Assembly (NCBI GenBank): GCA_026989495.1
Contig: JALSJE010000048.1
Coordinates: forward strand, 1,198-65,197
From: Gammaproteobacteria bacterium
GTDB lineage: Bacteria > Pseudomonadota > Gammaproteobacteria > S144-34
Length of the DNA stretch: 64,000 bases
Reading direction: 5' to 3'
Shown: piece by piece, positions 51,982 through 61,606 of the stretch
Layout of the letters: the number at the start of each line of letters is the position of its first letter
Numbering within the stretch: the stretch's first letter is position 1
Program-made: the position numbers and the translations under genes
Notes under the pieces: generated by a model
What the model was told of the DNA's origin: nothing
Seen by the model: only the letters and a program-made list of their open reading frames with translations
Databases searched by the model: none

Positions 51982-52080
51982 ATGCGCCATACGGGCCGCC
52001 ATCTCCCGCCCGCCCCGGTCGGCCGCGCCGCAGCGCGGGCTGCGCGCCTGCGCCTCCTTCCGCTGCTCCTGCTGCCCTGA
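51982..52080 (+). CDS. putative leucine-rich leader peptide ([32 protein letters not shown]) upstream of leuA
   Basis: 32 codons ending with 7 Leu in the last 10 codons. Its stop codon sits in the loop of a perfect 9-bp hairpin (CTGCTGCCC-tga-GGGCAGCAG). 120 nt upstream of leuA. Confidence 0.35.
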   Translation: MRHTGRHLPPAPVGRAAARAARLRLLPLLLLP

Positions 52081-52199
52081 GGGCAGCAGCGTCACGTCAC
52101 CCACAGCGCAGCAACCATCGCCCGGACCCCCTCGGGGGGCGGAGACGCCGCCGGCCGCACGGGCGGCGCGCGTCAGGACAGGATCCGCGGAGACCGACC

Positions 52200-53750
52200 A
52201 TGGCCGAGAAAGAGCGACTGATCATCTTCGACACCACCCTGCGCGACGGCGAGCAGAGCCCGGGTGCGTCCATGACCCGGGACGAGAAGCTGCGCATCGC
52301 CAGGGCGCTCGAGCGCATGCGCGTGGACGTGATCGAGGCGGGCTTCCCCATCGCCAGCCCCGGCGACTTCGAGGCGGTGCAGGCGGTGGCCCGCGCGGTC
52401 AAGGACAGCGTGGTGTGCGGTCTCGCCCGCGCCCTCGACAAGGACATCGACCGCGCCGCCGAGGCGCTGCGCGAGGCGCGGGCCTTCCGCATCCACACCT
52501 TCATCGCCACCTCGCCCATCCACATGGAGCGCAAGCTGCGCATGAGCCCGGACGAGGTGCTGGCCCAGGCGGTGCGCGCGGTCAGGCGCGCGCGCCAGCA
52601 CACCGACGATGTGGAGTTCTCGCCCGAGGACGCGGGCCGCTCCGAGATCGACTTCCTGTGCCGGGTGATCGAGGCCGTGATCGAGGCCGGCGCGCGCACG
52701 GTCAACATCCCCGACACCGTGGGCTACAACCTCCCGCACCAGTTCGGCGAGCTCATCCGCACCCTCATCGAGCGTGTGCCCAACTCGGACAAGGCCGTCT
52801 TCTCGGTGCACTGCCACAACGACCTGGGGCTCGCCGTGGCCAACTCGCTGTCGGCGGTGCTCGCCGGGGCGCGCCAGGTCGAATGCACCGTCAACGGCCT
52901 CGGCGAGCGCGCCGGCAACGCGGCGCTGGAGGAGATCGTGATGGCGGTGCGCACGCGCCAGGACGTCTTCCCCTGCGACACGGGGCTGGACACCACGCAG
53001 ATCGTGCCCACCTCGCGCCTGGTCTCGGGGATCACGGGCTTCCCCGTGCAGCCCAACAAGGCCATCGTGGGCGCCAACGCCTTCGCCCACGAGTCCGGCA
53101 TCCACCAGGACGGGGTGCTCAAGAGCCGCGAGACCTACGAGATCATGCGCGCCGAGGACGTGGGCTGGACCGCCAACCGCATCGTGCTCGGCAAGCACTC
53201 CGGGCGCAATGCCTTCCGCACGCGCCTGCGCGAGCTCGGCATCGAGCTCGAGTCGGAGGAGGCGCTCAACGAGGCCTTCGCGCGCTTCAAGGAGCTGGCC
53301 GACAAGAAGCACGAGATCTACGACGAGGACCTGCAGGCGCTGGTCACCGAGGCGAGCCTGGAGGCGGGCAACGAGCGCGTCCGGCTGGTGGCGCTTCGGG
53401 TCTGCTCCGAGACCGGCGAGACGCCGCACGCGGTGGTGACGCTGGCCGTCGACGGCGCCGAGCGCCGCGGCGAGGCCGACGGCTCGGGCCCGGTGGACGC
53501 CTCGTTCAAGGCCATCGAGTCGGTGGTGGAGAGCGGCACCGAGCTGCTGCTCTACTCGGTGAGCAACATCACCACCGGCACCGACGCCCAGGGCGAGGTC
53601 ACGGTGCGCCTGGAGAAGGGCGGGCGCATCGTCAACGGCCAGGGCGCCGACACCGACATCGTCATCGCCTCGGCCAAGGCCTACGTCAACGCCCTCAACA
53701 AGATCCTGCGCGCGCCGCGCCGGGCCCATCCGCAGCTCGGGGACGTCTGA
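52200..53750 (+). CDS. leuA: 2-isopropylmalate synthase
   Basis: 516 aa. LRDGEQ, HxH (HCHNDLGLA) and C-terminal LeuA dimerisation/regulatory domain. Confidence 0.95.
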   Translation: MAEKERLIIFDTTLRDGEQSPGASMTRDEKLRIARALERMRVDVIEAGFPIASPGDFEAVQAVARAVKDSVVCGLARALDKDIDRAAEALREARAFRIHTFIATSPIHMERKLRMSPDEVLAQAVRAVRRARQHTDDVEFSPEDAGRSEIDFLCRVIEAVIEAGARTVNIPDTVGYNLPHQFGELIRTLIERVPNSDKAVFSVHCHNDLGLAVANSLSAVLAGARQVECTVNGLGERAGNAALEEIVMAVRTRQDVFPCDTGLDTTQIVPTSRLVSGITGFPVQPNKAIVGANAFAHESGIHQDGVLKSRETYEIMRAEDVGWTANRIVLGKHSGRNAFRTRLRELGIELESEEALNEAFARFKELADKKHEIYDEDLQALVTEASLEAGNERVRLVALRVCSETGETPHAVVTLAVDGAERRGEADGSGPVDASFKAIESVVESGTELLLYSVSNITTGTDAQGEVTVRLEKGGRIVNGQGADTDIVIASAKAYVNALNKILRAPRRAHPQLGDV

Positions 53751-53826
53751 GGATGGCGCGCCCGGGCGGCTCCGGCGAGGACTCGCCGCGCGCGAGCCGG
53801 GACGGTGGGCCGGGGAGGGGGCCGCG

Positions 53827-55089
53827 ATGACGCCCTGGGCCGAGGACGTGCTGCTGGAGCTCGTGCGCGCGCTCGCGCTGGGCGTGATCGTGGCCCGGCT
53901 CGTGCGCGGCGGGCGGCGCTCCCCGCTGCTCGCCGAGGGCGGAGGCCGCCTCGTGGTGGGCGGCTTCGTGCTGGTGCTCGTCGGCACCCTCGTGGACATC
54001 ACCGACAACTTCCCGGCCCTCGACCGCTTCGTCATCCTCGGCGACACGCCCGCGCAGGCCTTTGTGGAGAAGGTGGTGGGCTACCTGGGCGGCTTCGTCC
54101 TCATCGCCATCGGTGTGATCCGTTGGGTGCCGGCGCTGGCCTCCGGGCTCGCCCAGCGTGCGCAGATCGCGGCCCAGGAGACGGAAGAGGCGCCGCCCCT
54201 GGGCCTGGCCGAGGCCATGGACCGGCTCACCCGCAGCCAGGCCTTCCTGCATGCGGTGCTGGAGACCATGGCCGAGGGCGTGCTGGTGGTGGGCTCCGAC
54301 GGGGTGATCCGCTACGCCAACCCCCGCGCCGAGGGCCTGCTGGGCTGGCCGGACCAGGCGCTGGAGGGGCGCACGGTCTCCGAGGCGCTGGGCGAAGGCG
54401 GCCGTCCCGTCATGGCCCTGCGGCGGGCGCTGGCGGAAGGGGTGGAAGCCGCAGGCGAGGGTGAGGTGCGCACACGCGCCGGTGGGCGCGTCGCCGTGGC
54501 GCTCGCGGCCACACCCCTGCCGGAAGGGGGTGTGGTCGCCACCTTCCAGGACATGACCGAGCGCCTGCGGCTCGAGGACGAGCTGCGCCGGCTCGCGGCC
54601 CAGGACCCGCTCACGGGGCTCGCCAACCGCCGCGAGCTGGAGCGCCTGACGCGGCTGGAGCTCCAGCGTGCCGCACGCCACGGGCACGAGGTGGCGGTGC
54701 TCGTGCTCGACGTGGACCGCTTCAAGGCGATCAACGACGCGCGCGGGCACCAGGTCGGCGACGTCGTGCTGCTGGAGCTTGCCCGCCGCGTTCGCGCCGT
54801 CGCCCGGGGGATCGACCTCGTGGCACGCCTCGGCGGCGACGAGTTCGTGCTGGTGCTGCCGGAGACGGGGCTCGAGGGCGGCCGCGCCTTCGCCGAGCGC
54901 CTGGTGGCGGCCGTGCGCGCCGAGCCCGTGGCCGTCGGCAGCGAGCGCCTGACGGTCACAATCAGCATCGGCGTGGCGGCCTTCCCCCACCACGGCCGCA
55001 GCTACGACGCGCTGCTCACGGCCGCCGACCGCGCCCTCTACGCCGCCAAGGCCGGCGGGCGCGACCAGGTCTGCCTCGCGCCGGGCTGA
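53827..55089 (+). CDS. membrane-anchored PAS-GGDEF diguanylate cyclase
   Basis: N-terminal TM segments, PAS-like region, GGDEF domain with intact RLGGDEF active site and RxxD-like I-site context. Confidence 0.85.
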   Translation: MTPWAEDVLLELVRALALGVIVARLVRGGRRSPLLAEGGGRLVVGGFVLVLVGTLVDITDNFPALDRFVILGDTPAQAFVEKVVGYLGGFVLIAIGVIRWVPALASGLAQRAQIAAQETEEAPPLGLAEAMDRLTRSQAFLHAVLETMAEGVLVVGSDGVIRYANPRAEGLLGWPDQALEGRTVSEALGEGGRPVMALRRALAEGVEAAGEGEVRTRAGGRVAVALAATPLPEGGVVATFQDMTERLRLEDELRRLAAQDPLTGLANRRELERLTRLELQRAARHGHEVAVLVLDVDRFKAINDARGHQVGDVVLLELARRVRAVARGIDLVARLGGDEFVLVLPETGLEGGRAFAERLVAAVRAEPVAVGSERLTVTISIGVAAFPHHGRSYDALLTAADRALYAAKAGGRDQVCLAPG

Positions 55090-55184
55090 GCGCCCCGTCC
55101 TGCGGATGGCTGCGCGTGACGGGCGGTGTTCCGCTCGGTCGCGCGCCGCGCTAGGCTGGGCGGGTCCAGCCGGGAGAGGTCAGC

Positions 55185-55943
55185 ATGGCGAGTTCGTCCG
55201 GGCAGGATGCAGGCCTGCGTCACCTGGCGCTGATGGGCATCCCCGTGTGGGCGCGCCGGCGCCCGACGGCGGGCCGCGGTACCGCCCTCCCGCCGGGAGA
55301 GGAGGGTCCGGACCGGGCCGCGGCGCCGGTGCCCGCCGCGACCGCCGCCGTGCCCGCGGCCCACCGCGACGGCGGTGTGGCCACCCTCGGCTGGGAGGCG
55401 CTCGCCGAGCGTGTGGCCGTCTGCACCGCCTGCGAGCTCCACCGCACCCGTACCCAGACCGTCTTCGGCACGGGCGACCGCGATGCCGACTGGATGTTCG
55501 TGGGCGAGGCCCCGGGCGCGGACGAGGACCGCCAGGGCGAGCCCTTCGTGGGGCGCGCGGGGCAGCTGCTGACCGCCATGATCGAGGCTCTGGGCCTGCG
55601 CCGCGAGCAGGTCTACATCGGCAACACGCTCAAGTGCAGGCCTCCCCGGAACCGTGACCCGCTGCCGGAGGAGGTGGTGCGCTGCCGGCCCTTCCTGGAG
55701 CGCCAGATCGCTCTGGTGCAGCCGCGCGTCATCGTCGCGCTCGGGCGTATCGCCGCCCACAACCTGCTCGGGGTGGAGACGCCGCTCGCGCGCCTGCGTG
55801 GGCGCGTGCACCGCCTCGCCGCGGGCACACCCGTGATCGTGACCTACCATCCGGCCTTCCTGCTGCGCTCGCCGCGCGAGAAGCGCCGCGCCTGGGAGGA
55901 CCTCTGCCTGGCACGCCGTGTGGCACGGGGAGAGCCGACGTGA
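55185..55943 (+). CDS. uracil-DNA glycosylase, family 4
   Basis: GEAPG(ADE) motif, CTACELH...C Fe-S ligands, HPAFLLR. ~70-aa low-complexity N-terminal extension. Confidence 0.8.
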   Translation: MASSSGQDAGLRHLALMGIPVWARRRPTAGRGTALPPGEEGPDRAAAPVPAATAAVPAAHRDGGVATLGWEALAERVAVCTACELHRTRTQTVFGTGDRDADWMFVGEAPGADEDRQGEPFVGRAGQLLTAMIEALGLRREQVYIGNTLKCRPPRNRDPLPEEVVRCRPFLERQIALVQPRVIVALGRIAAHNLLGVETPLARLRGRVHRLAAGTPVIVTYHPAFLLRSPREKRRAWEDLCLARRVARGEPT

Positions 55944-56443
55944 GCGCGGTGCTCGAGACGCCTTCGGTGCGGGTGCGGCCCATGACCGAGGCCGACCTGG
56001 CCGGGGTCATGGAGATCGAGCGCGCCGCCTACGAGTTCCCCTGGACCGAGGGCATCTTCCGCGACTGCCTGCGGGTGGGCTACTGCTGCTGGGTGATGGA
56101 GGAGGGGGGGGAGCTCCGCGGCTACGGCGTGATGTCCGTGGGGGCCGGCGAGGCCCACATTCTCAACCTCTGCATCGCGCCCGAGGCCCAACGCCGGGGC
56201 CTCGGGCGGCGCCTGCTGCGCCACCTCATCGGGCTGGCGCGCTACCACGGGGCCCGCACGGTGATGCTGGAGGTGCGCATGTCCAACAGCAGGGCGCTGC
56301 GCCTCTACCGGGGCATGGGCTTCCGCGAGATCGGCCTGCGCCGCGACTACTATCCGGCGGCGCAAGGCCGGGAGGACGCGCTGGTGCTGGCGCGGCCGCT
56401 CGGCCGCGCCGGGCCGGGAGCCGCGGGCCCACGCGACGTGTGA
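55940..56443 (+). CDS. rimI: ribosomal-protein-alanine N-acetyltransferase RimI (GNAT)
   Basis: GNAT acetyl-CoA motif (QRRGLGRRLL). 167 aa. GTG start in a GTGA overlap with the UDG stop. Confidence 0.75.
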   Translation: MSAVLETPSVRVRPMTEADLAGVMEIERAAYEFPWTEGIFRDCLRVGYCCWVMEEGGELRGYGVMSVGAGEAHILNLCIAPEAQRRGLGRRLLRHLIGLARYHGARTVMLEVRMSNSRALRLYRGMGFREIGLRRDYYPAAQGREDALVLARPLGRAGPGAAGPRDV

Positions 56444-56628
56444 CCGGGGTCATACCCTGCCGCGCGGCCCCGGCGGGAACATGACGGCGGCTGCGCGTGG
56501 CGCGGCCGCCCGGGCCGGCCCGCCCTGTCACGAGCAGGGGGCACGGCCTATCCTTGGACGAGGCGGAAGCCCTGGCGCATCCGCCGCAGGCCCCACCACC
56601 ATCAGAAGCCCAGCCGGAGGACGTAGCC

Positions 56629-57546
56629 ATGCCAGCATCCAACCCAGCATCCGAGCCAGCCTCGAGACTGCCGCTCGATCGCCCCTGGCGCACCTATGGG
56701 GCCAGTCATGCCTTCCTCGACCCCGAGCTGGAGGCGGTGTGGTTCCGGGCCCGCCGGGGGGCGCCCCCGCGCATGACGCCCCAGCTCCTGGAGGACGTGG
56801 GCCGCTTCGCCCGAGACCTCGAGGAGCTGATGGGGACGCAGCGGCAGGCGGTGCGGTTCGTGGTCACGGCATCCGACGTGCCGGGGATCTACAGCCTGGG
56901 CGGCGACCTCGCCCTGTTCGTGGAGCTGATCCGGGCCAGGGACCGAGACGGGCTCGCCCGTTACGCCGCGCGCTGCGTGGAGGCCGTGCACGGCCTGGCG
57001 ACCGGTTTCGGCCTCGGCGTCACCACCGTAGCCCTGGTGCAGGGGGCCGCGCTGGGCGGCGGCTTCGAGGCCGCGCTCGCCTGCCGGCTCATCGTGGCGG
57101 AGCGCCAGTCCAGCTTCGGCTTCCCGGAACCGCTGTTCGGGCTCTTCCCGGGCATGGGCGCCTACACCTTCCTCGGGCCGCGGGTGGGACCCGCCATGGC
57201 GCGGCGCATGATGCTCGACGGCGTGCAGCGCGACGCCGAGCGGCTCCATCGCATGGGGATCGTCGACCTGGTCGCCGCCGAGGGCGAGGGCGAGGCGGTG
57301 CTCGCCCGCCATCTCAAGGAGCGGCTGCGGCGGCCCGGGCCCTTCGAGGCCCTCGAGCGGATCGCGGCGCGCCACGAGCCCGTGGACCTCGCGCAGCTGC
57401 GGGAGATCGCCGCGCTCTGGGTGGAGACGGCGCTACGGCTCGGCGAGCGCGAGGTCCGCACCATGGAGCGGCTGCTGCGGGCCCAGGCGCGCCGGGAAGG
57501 CGGCGGCGCGGCGGGCGCCCCGTCCGGCGTCTCGCACGCGGCCTGA
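56629..57546 (+). CDS. enoyl-CoA hydratase/isomerase (crotonase) superfamily protein
   Basis: Crotonase oxyanion-hole context (GAALGGGFEAALACRLIVA). Start taken at internal Met with strong GGAGGA RBS; the track ORF extends to 56497. Confidence 0.6.
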   Translation: MPASNPASEPASRLPLDRPWRTYGASHAFLDPELEAVWFRARRGAPPRMTPQLLEDVGRFARDLEELMGTQRQAVRFVVTASDVPGIYSLGGDLALFVELIRARDRDGLARYAARCVEAVHGLATGFGLGVTTVALVQGAALGGGFEAALACRLIVAERQSSFGFPEPLFGLFPGMGAYTFLGPRVGPAMARRMMLDGVQRDAERLHRMGIVDLVAAEGEGEAVLARHLKERLRRPGPFEALERIAARHEPVDLAQLREIAALWVETALRLGEREVRTMERLLRAQARREGGGAAGAPSGVSHAA

Positions 57547-57552
57547 GCGGCC

Positions 57553-60162
57553 TCAACCGCGCTGCTCGGCGCGCCGGCTGCGCTCGATCAGCAGGGGGCG
57601 GGTGCGCTCGTAGAGCACGAGCAGGCGCCGGAGCTCGCGCTCGGCGCCGCCGCCGGAGAGCTCGCTCACCGGGATGCGGTGCACCTCGGCGCAGGCGCGA
57701 TGCAGCGCGGCGGCGCCCACGTTGCCGGCGCTGCCCTTGAGGGCGTGCACCCAGTCCTTGAACTCGTGGAGGCGGCCTGCGGTCACGGCCGCCTGCATGC
57801 GGGCGATGAGCGTCTGGGCGTCCTTCATGAAGCCGCGCAGCAGGTCCGGGACGAAATCCGGGTCGTCGGTGAGGGTCTCGAGCTCGCGCAGCTTCTCGTC
57901 GTCGAGGAGGTGCTCGCCTTCCGGCTGGGGCGGCTGGAGCACGGCCACGGCGCCGGCGGGGGAGGGCCCGGCCGGTGCGCTGGCGGGCGCCGCCCCGGCG
58001 GCGCCGCCCGCCGCGGCGGCGCCGGCGAGGCGGTCGATGCAGGCGATCAGGGTGCGCGCCTCCACCGGCTTCGTGAGGTAGGCGTCGGCGCCCGCCTCCT
58101 CGCAGGCGGCCACGGCCTCGGTGGTGGCGTTGGCGGTGAGCATCACGAAGGACGGGCGCGGTCCGTCGGGCTCCATGAAGCGGTAGAGCCTGAGCACCTC
58201 CAGGCCGCCCATGATGGGCATCTGCATATCCAGGATCACCACGTCCCAGCCGCCCTGCTCCAGCGCGTCCAGCGCCTGCTCGCCATGCTCGACGATGTGC
58301 ACGCGGTGGCCGGCGCGCTCGAGGATGGCGCGGATGACCTTCTGGTTGACGGTGTTGTCCTCGGCCACGAGCACACGCAGGCTGCGGCGCGGGCCCTGCC
58401 CCGTGGCGCGGCGGTCGGCCAGGCGCACCACGCCCTGCTCCTCCACCGGCTCCTGCTGCAGGGCGTGCAGGGCGTTGTAGAGGAGGGGCTTGTCCGGGGG
58501 CAGGGGCAGCACGGAGGCGTAGCCGGCGTAGAGATAGCTGCTGGCGGCCTCGCTGCCGCCGCGCCCGAGCAGCACGAGCCCGGTGCCCGCCACGGAGGGC
58601 TCGCGCTGCACCGCCTCCGGCAGCGCGAGCGGGCGCTCCACGGCGGCCTCGTCGACGAGGAGGGCGGAGACCGGCCGGGCGGCCAGGGCGCGCACGAGCG
58701 CATCGGGTGCACCGGGTTCGACCGCATGCCAGCCTACGCCCCAGCCCTCGAGCCAGGCGGCGAGCTGGCCGCCCAGCGCCTGATCGCGGGTGCAGATGCC
58801 CACCGTCAGGTCGGCCAGCGCCGGCGCGCGCCGCTCCGGGGCCTGGACCTGCTGCTTCTCGAAGGGGAGCACCACGCGGAAGGTGGTACCGCGGCCCGGC
58901 GCGCTTTCGAGCCCGATCTCGCCGCCCATCAGCTCGACGAGCTGCTTGGCGATGGTGGTGCCGAGACCGGTGCCGCCGTAGCGGCGCGTGGTGGACTCGT
59001 CGGCCTGCGCGAAGCGCTCGAAGATGCGAGCCTGCGCCTCCTTGGGGATGCCGATGCCCGTGTCGGCGATCTCGAAGCAGACCCGCGCGCTCTCCGGGGT
59101 CTCCTCCAGCGGCCGCACGCGCACCTCCACCCGCCCTTTCTCGGTGAACTTGACGGCGTTGCCGATGAGGTTGATGAGCACCTGGCGCAGGTGCAGGGTG
59201 TCGCCGCGCAGGAGGAAGGGGGTGCTGGGGTCGATCTGCACGCGGAAGAGGAGCCCCTTCTCGCGCGCCTGCGGGGCCAGCATGGCGGCGGTGCTGTTCA
59301 CCAGCAGGTAGAGGTCGAAGTCGGTGACCTCGATCGTGATCTTGCCCGCCTCGATCTTCGAGATGTCGAGGACCTTCTCGATCAGCCCGAGCAGGGTCTT
59401 GGCCGAGGCGTGGATGGTGCGCGCGAAGTCGCGCTGCTCGGGGCTGAGGGGCGTGGCCAGCATGAGGTCGACCATGCCGATGATGCCGTTGAGCGGCGTG
59501 CGCATCTCGTGGCTCATGTTGGCCAGGAACTGGCTCTTGGCGCGGTTGGCGGCCTCCGCCTGGGCCTTGGCGCGCGTGAGCTTGCCGACCAGCGAGGAGA
59601 AATAGAGCGCGAGGGCGACCAGCCCGGCCAGCAGCCCCGCACCCATGGTGAGGTGAGCCTGCCAGAACGGGCTGGTCCCGAGGACGGTCAGGAAACCCGT
59701 GCTGGCGATGAAGGTCGCGGCCAGCAGGTAGCGCTGCCCGTATCGCAGCCCGTAGCCGACGCTGATCCAGATGTAGAGCACATAGAGCCAGGCCGTGGTC
59801 TCACCGTAGGCGTAGAGGCCGTATGAGGTGATCGAGAGGTCGCCGACCATGGTCAGAACCCGGCGGGCCACGCTCTGTCCCGGGCGCAGGGCGATGGCGG
59901 CGAGGATGGCCGCTGAAAACGCGAGGTAACCCCCCAGGACGAGGACGCCGTGGCGGGCGTAGGCGAGATCCCCCTCCACGAGCAGGGCGTGGATGGTCAG
60001 ATAGGCGAGCACGGCGGCGGCGACGCCGAGGCGCACGAAGGCCTGCTCGTGCTCGGTGTCGGGGCGGTTGCGGAAGCGCTGCCGAAGGCGAGCGAGGGGA
60101 CTGGACGTGCCGGCCCGCTCGTGCCGGGACGGCGTCCGGGACGGTTCCTGCTCGCTGCTCAT
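57553..60162 (-). CDS. hybrid sensor histidine kinase / response regulator with C-terminal Hpt domain
   Basis: Membrane N-terminus, HisKA ([10 protein letters not shown]), HATPase_c ([18 protein letters not shown]), REC ([10 protein letters not shown]...DMQMP), Hpt ([12 protein letters not shown]). AGGAAG RBS. Confidence 0.85.
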   Translation of the reverse strand: MSSEQEPSRTPSRHERAGTSSPLARLRQRFRNRPDTEHEQAFVRLGVAAAVLAYLTIHALLVEGDLAYARHGVLVLGGYLAFSAAILAAIALRPGQSVARRVLTMVGDLSITSYGLYAYGETTAWLYVLYIWISVGYGLRYGQRYLLAATFIASTGFLTVLGTSPFWQAHLTMGAGLLAGLVALALYFSSLVGKLTRAKAQAEAANRAKSQFLANMSHEMRTPLNGIIGMVDLMLATPLSPEQRDFARTIHASAKTLLGLIEKVLDISKIEAGKITIEVTDFDLYLLVNSTAAMLAPQAREKGLLFRVQIDPSTPFLLRGDTLHLRQVLINLIGNAVKFTEKGRVEVRVRPLEETPESARVCFEIADTGIGIPKEAQARIFERFAQADESTTRRYGGTGLGTTIAKQLVELMGGEIGLESAPGRGTTFRVVLPFEKQQVQAPERRAPALADLTVGICTRDQALGGQLAAWLEGWGVGWHAVEPGAPDALVRALAARPVSALLVDEAAVERPLALPEAVQREPSVAGTGLVLLGRGGSEAASSYLYAGYASVLPLPPDKPLLYNALHALQQEPVEEQGVVRLADRRATGQGPRRSLRVLVAEDNTVNQKVIRAILERAGHRVHIVEHGEQALDALEQGGWDVVILDMQMPIMGGLEVLRLYRFMEPDGPRPSFVMLTANATTEAVAACEEAGADAYLTKPVEARTLIACIDRLAGAAAAGGAAGAAPASAPAGPSPAGAVAVLQPPQPEGEHLLDDEKLRELETLTDDPDFVPDLLRGFMKDAQTLIARMQAAVTAGRLHEFKDWVHALKGSAGNVGAAALHRACAEVHRIPVSELSGGGAERELRRLLVLYERTRPLLIERSRRAEQRG

Positions 60163-60426
60163 CGCGTTCGCTTCCTGTGCTCCACGAGGACGGGGCGCGG
60201 TCTCCCCGCGGGTGTCCGGTGGGCCGCGGCCCCGGCTCAAGGGTTGTCGGCGGGCCGGCCGCCTCCCTTGAGGACCGGATCGGGCGCAAGTCCATGAAAA
60301 AGAAAGTCTAGCGCGAGGCCGCCACGGCGGCCAGCGGCAAGGGGCAAAAGGCCGCCCGCCGGGAGGACCCCGGCGGGCAGGGCACACCTTGTGCTGAGCT
60401 GGAGGCTGGCTCAGCCGAAGGCGGAA

Positions 60427-61464
60427 TCAGTCGAAGGCGACACTCCGGCCCACGGGTACGGGCAGGCGCGGAGCCTCGATGGACGGGAAGGGCCCGGTGA
60501 GGGCCTGCAGGAAGGCGACGATGTCGGCCACGTCGCGCTCGGAAAGGGTGCGCCCGAGCTGGGTCGAAGCCATCACGCGCACGGCCTCGTCGAGGGTGGC
60601 GACCGCGCCGTTGTGGAAGTAGGGTGCGGTCACGGCCACGTTGCGCAGCGTGGGCACCCGGAACAGGTGCCTGTCTTCGGGACGCTTCGTGACCTCGTGC
60701 CGGCCGGTGTCCTTCGCGAGACCATAGCGCTCGACGTAGGGGCTGTCGGCGAAGACCGGGAATTTCTGGAACGGGGCCTCGGGCCGTGCGCCGAAGAGCG
60801 GCCCTGTGTGGCACCCGGCGCAGCCCAGCGCGCGGAACCGCTCGTAACCACGCACTTGCTGTTCAGTCATCGCGCCGCGCTCGCCCATCACCCACCGGTC
60901 GAAGGGGCTACCGGGCGTGACGAGGGTCCGCTCGAAGCTCGCCACCGCCTTGGCGAAGTTGTCCGCCGTGACGGGCGAGTCGCCACCGAAGGCCTCCCGG
61001 AACATGGGCTCGTAGCCTAGGGCCTTCAGGCGCTCGACGAGCACGTCGAGGCTGGGCAGCCCCATCTCGATCGGATTGGTCACAGGGCCGAGGGCCTGCT
61101 CCTCGAGAGAGGCGGCACGGCCGTCCCAGAACTGGACCGGATGGAAGGCGGCGTTCCACACGGTGGGGGCATTGCGGCCACCGATCTGTCCGCCCACCCC
61201 GACCGAGGTGGGCCGGCCGTCCTCTCCGCCCGCCATGACGTTATGGCAGGAGTTGCATGAGACGGTGCCGGTCGAGGAGAGGCGGGGGTCGAAGTAGAGG
61301 GCCTTGCCGAGCCGGACCTTGGCCTCGGTCACGGGGTTGTCGGCCGGCGCGGGCGCCTGCTCGGGTAGGGCCAGCCAGCCGGCGGCGGCCGCCAGCGCGG
61401 GCGCCGCCAGGGTCAGTCCGCTGGCCACCATCCCGAGGAGAGAGCGCAGTAGAGGTCTCGACAT
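60427..61464 (-). CDS. ccpA: di-haem cytochrome c peroxidase
   Basis: Two CxxCH (CNSCH, CAGCH), conserved Trp/His of bacterial CCP, signal peptide. Start at second Met with AAGGAGGAAG RBS. Confidence 0.9.
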   Translation of the reverse strand: MSRPLLRSLLGMVASGLTLAAPALAAAAGWLALPEQAPAPADNPVTEAKVRLGKALYFDPRLSSTGTVSCNSCHNVMAGGEDGRPTSVGVGGQIGGRNAPTVWNAAFHPVQFWDGRAASLEEQALGPVTNPIEMGLPSLDVLVERLKALGYEPMFREAFGGDSPVTADNFAKAVASFERTLVTPGSPFDRWVMGERGAMTEQQVRGYERFRALGCAGCHTGPLFGARPEAPFQKFPVFADSPYVERYGLAKDTGRHEVTKRPEDRHLFRVPTLRNVAVTAPYFHNGAVATLDEAVRVMASTQLGRTLSERDVADIVAFLQALTGPFPSIEAPRLPVPVGRSVAFD

Positions 61465-61565
61465 GTTACTTCCTCCTTCTGTCACCATGTTATGAATGGA
61501 ATTAGACCAATTCTATATCATAATAACATGGTTTCCTAAAAAAGTATAGCCTATGGGACATTTCC

Positions 61566-61579
61566 TTGACCGGGATCAA
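61566..61579 (-). promoter_or_regulatory. candidate FNR/CRP-family binding site (TTGAC-N4-ATCAA) upstream of the cytochrome c peroxidase gene
   Basis: TTGACcgggATCAA palindrome in the AT-rich 142-bp region between valS 3' end and the peroxidase gene. Nearby TATACT on the minus strand. Confidence 0.35.
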
Positions 61580-61606
61580 GCCGGAAGGGTGCCCGGGGCG
61601 GGGGGC

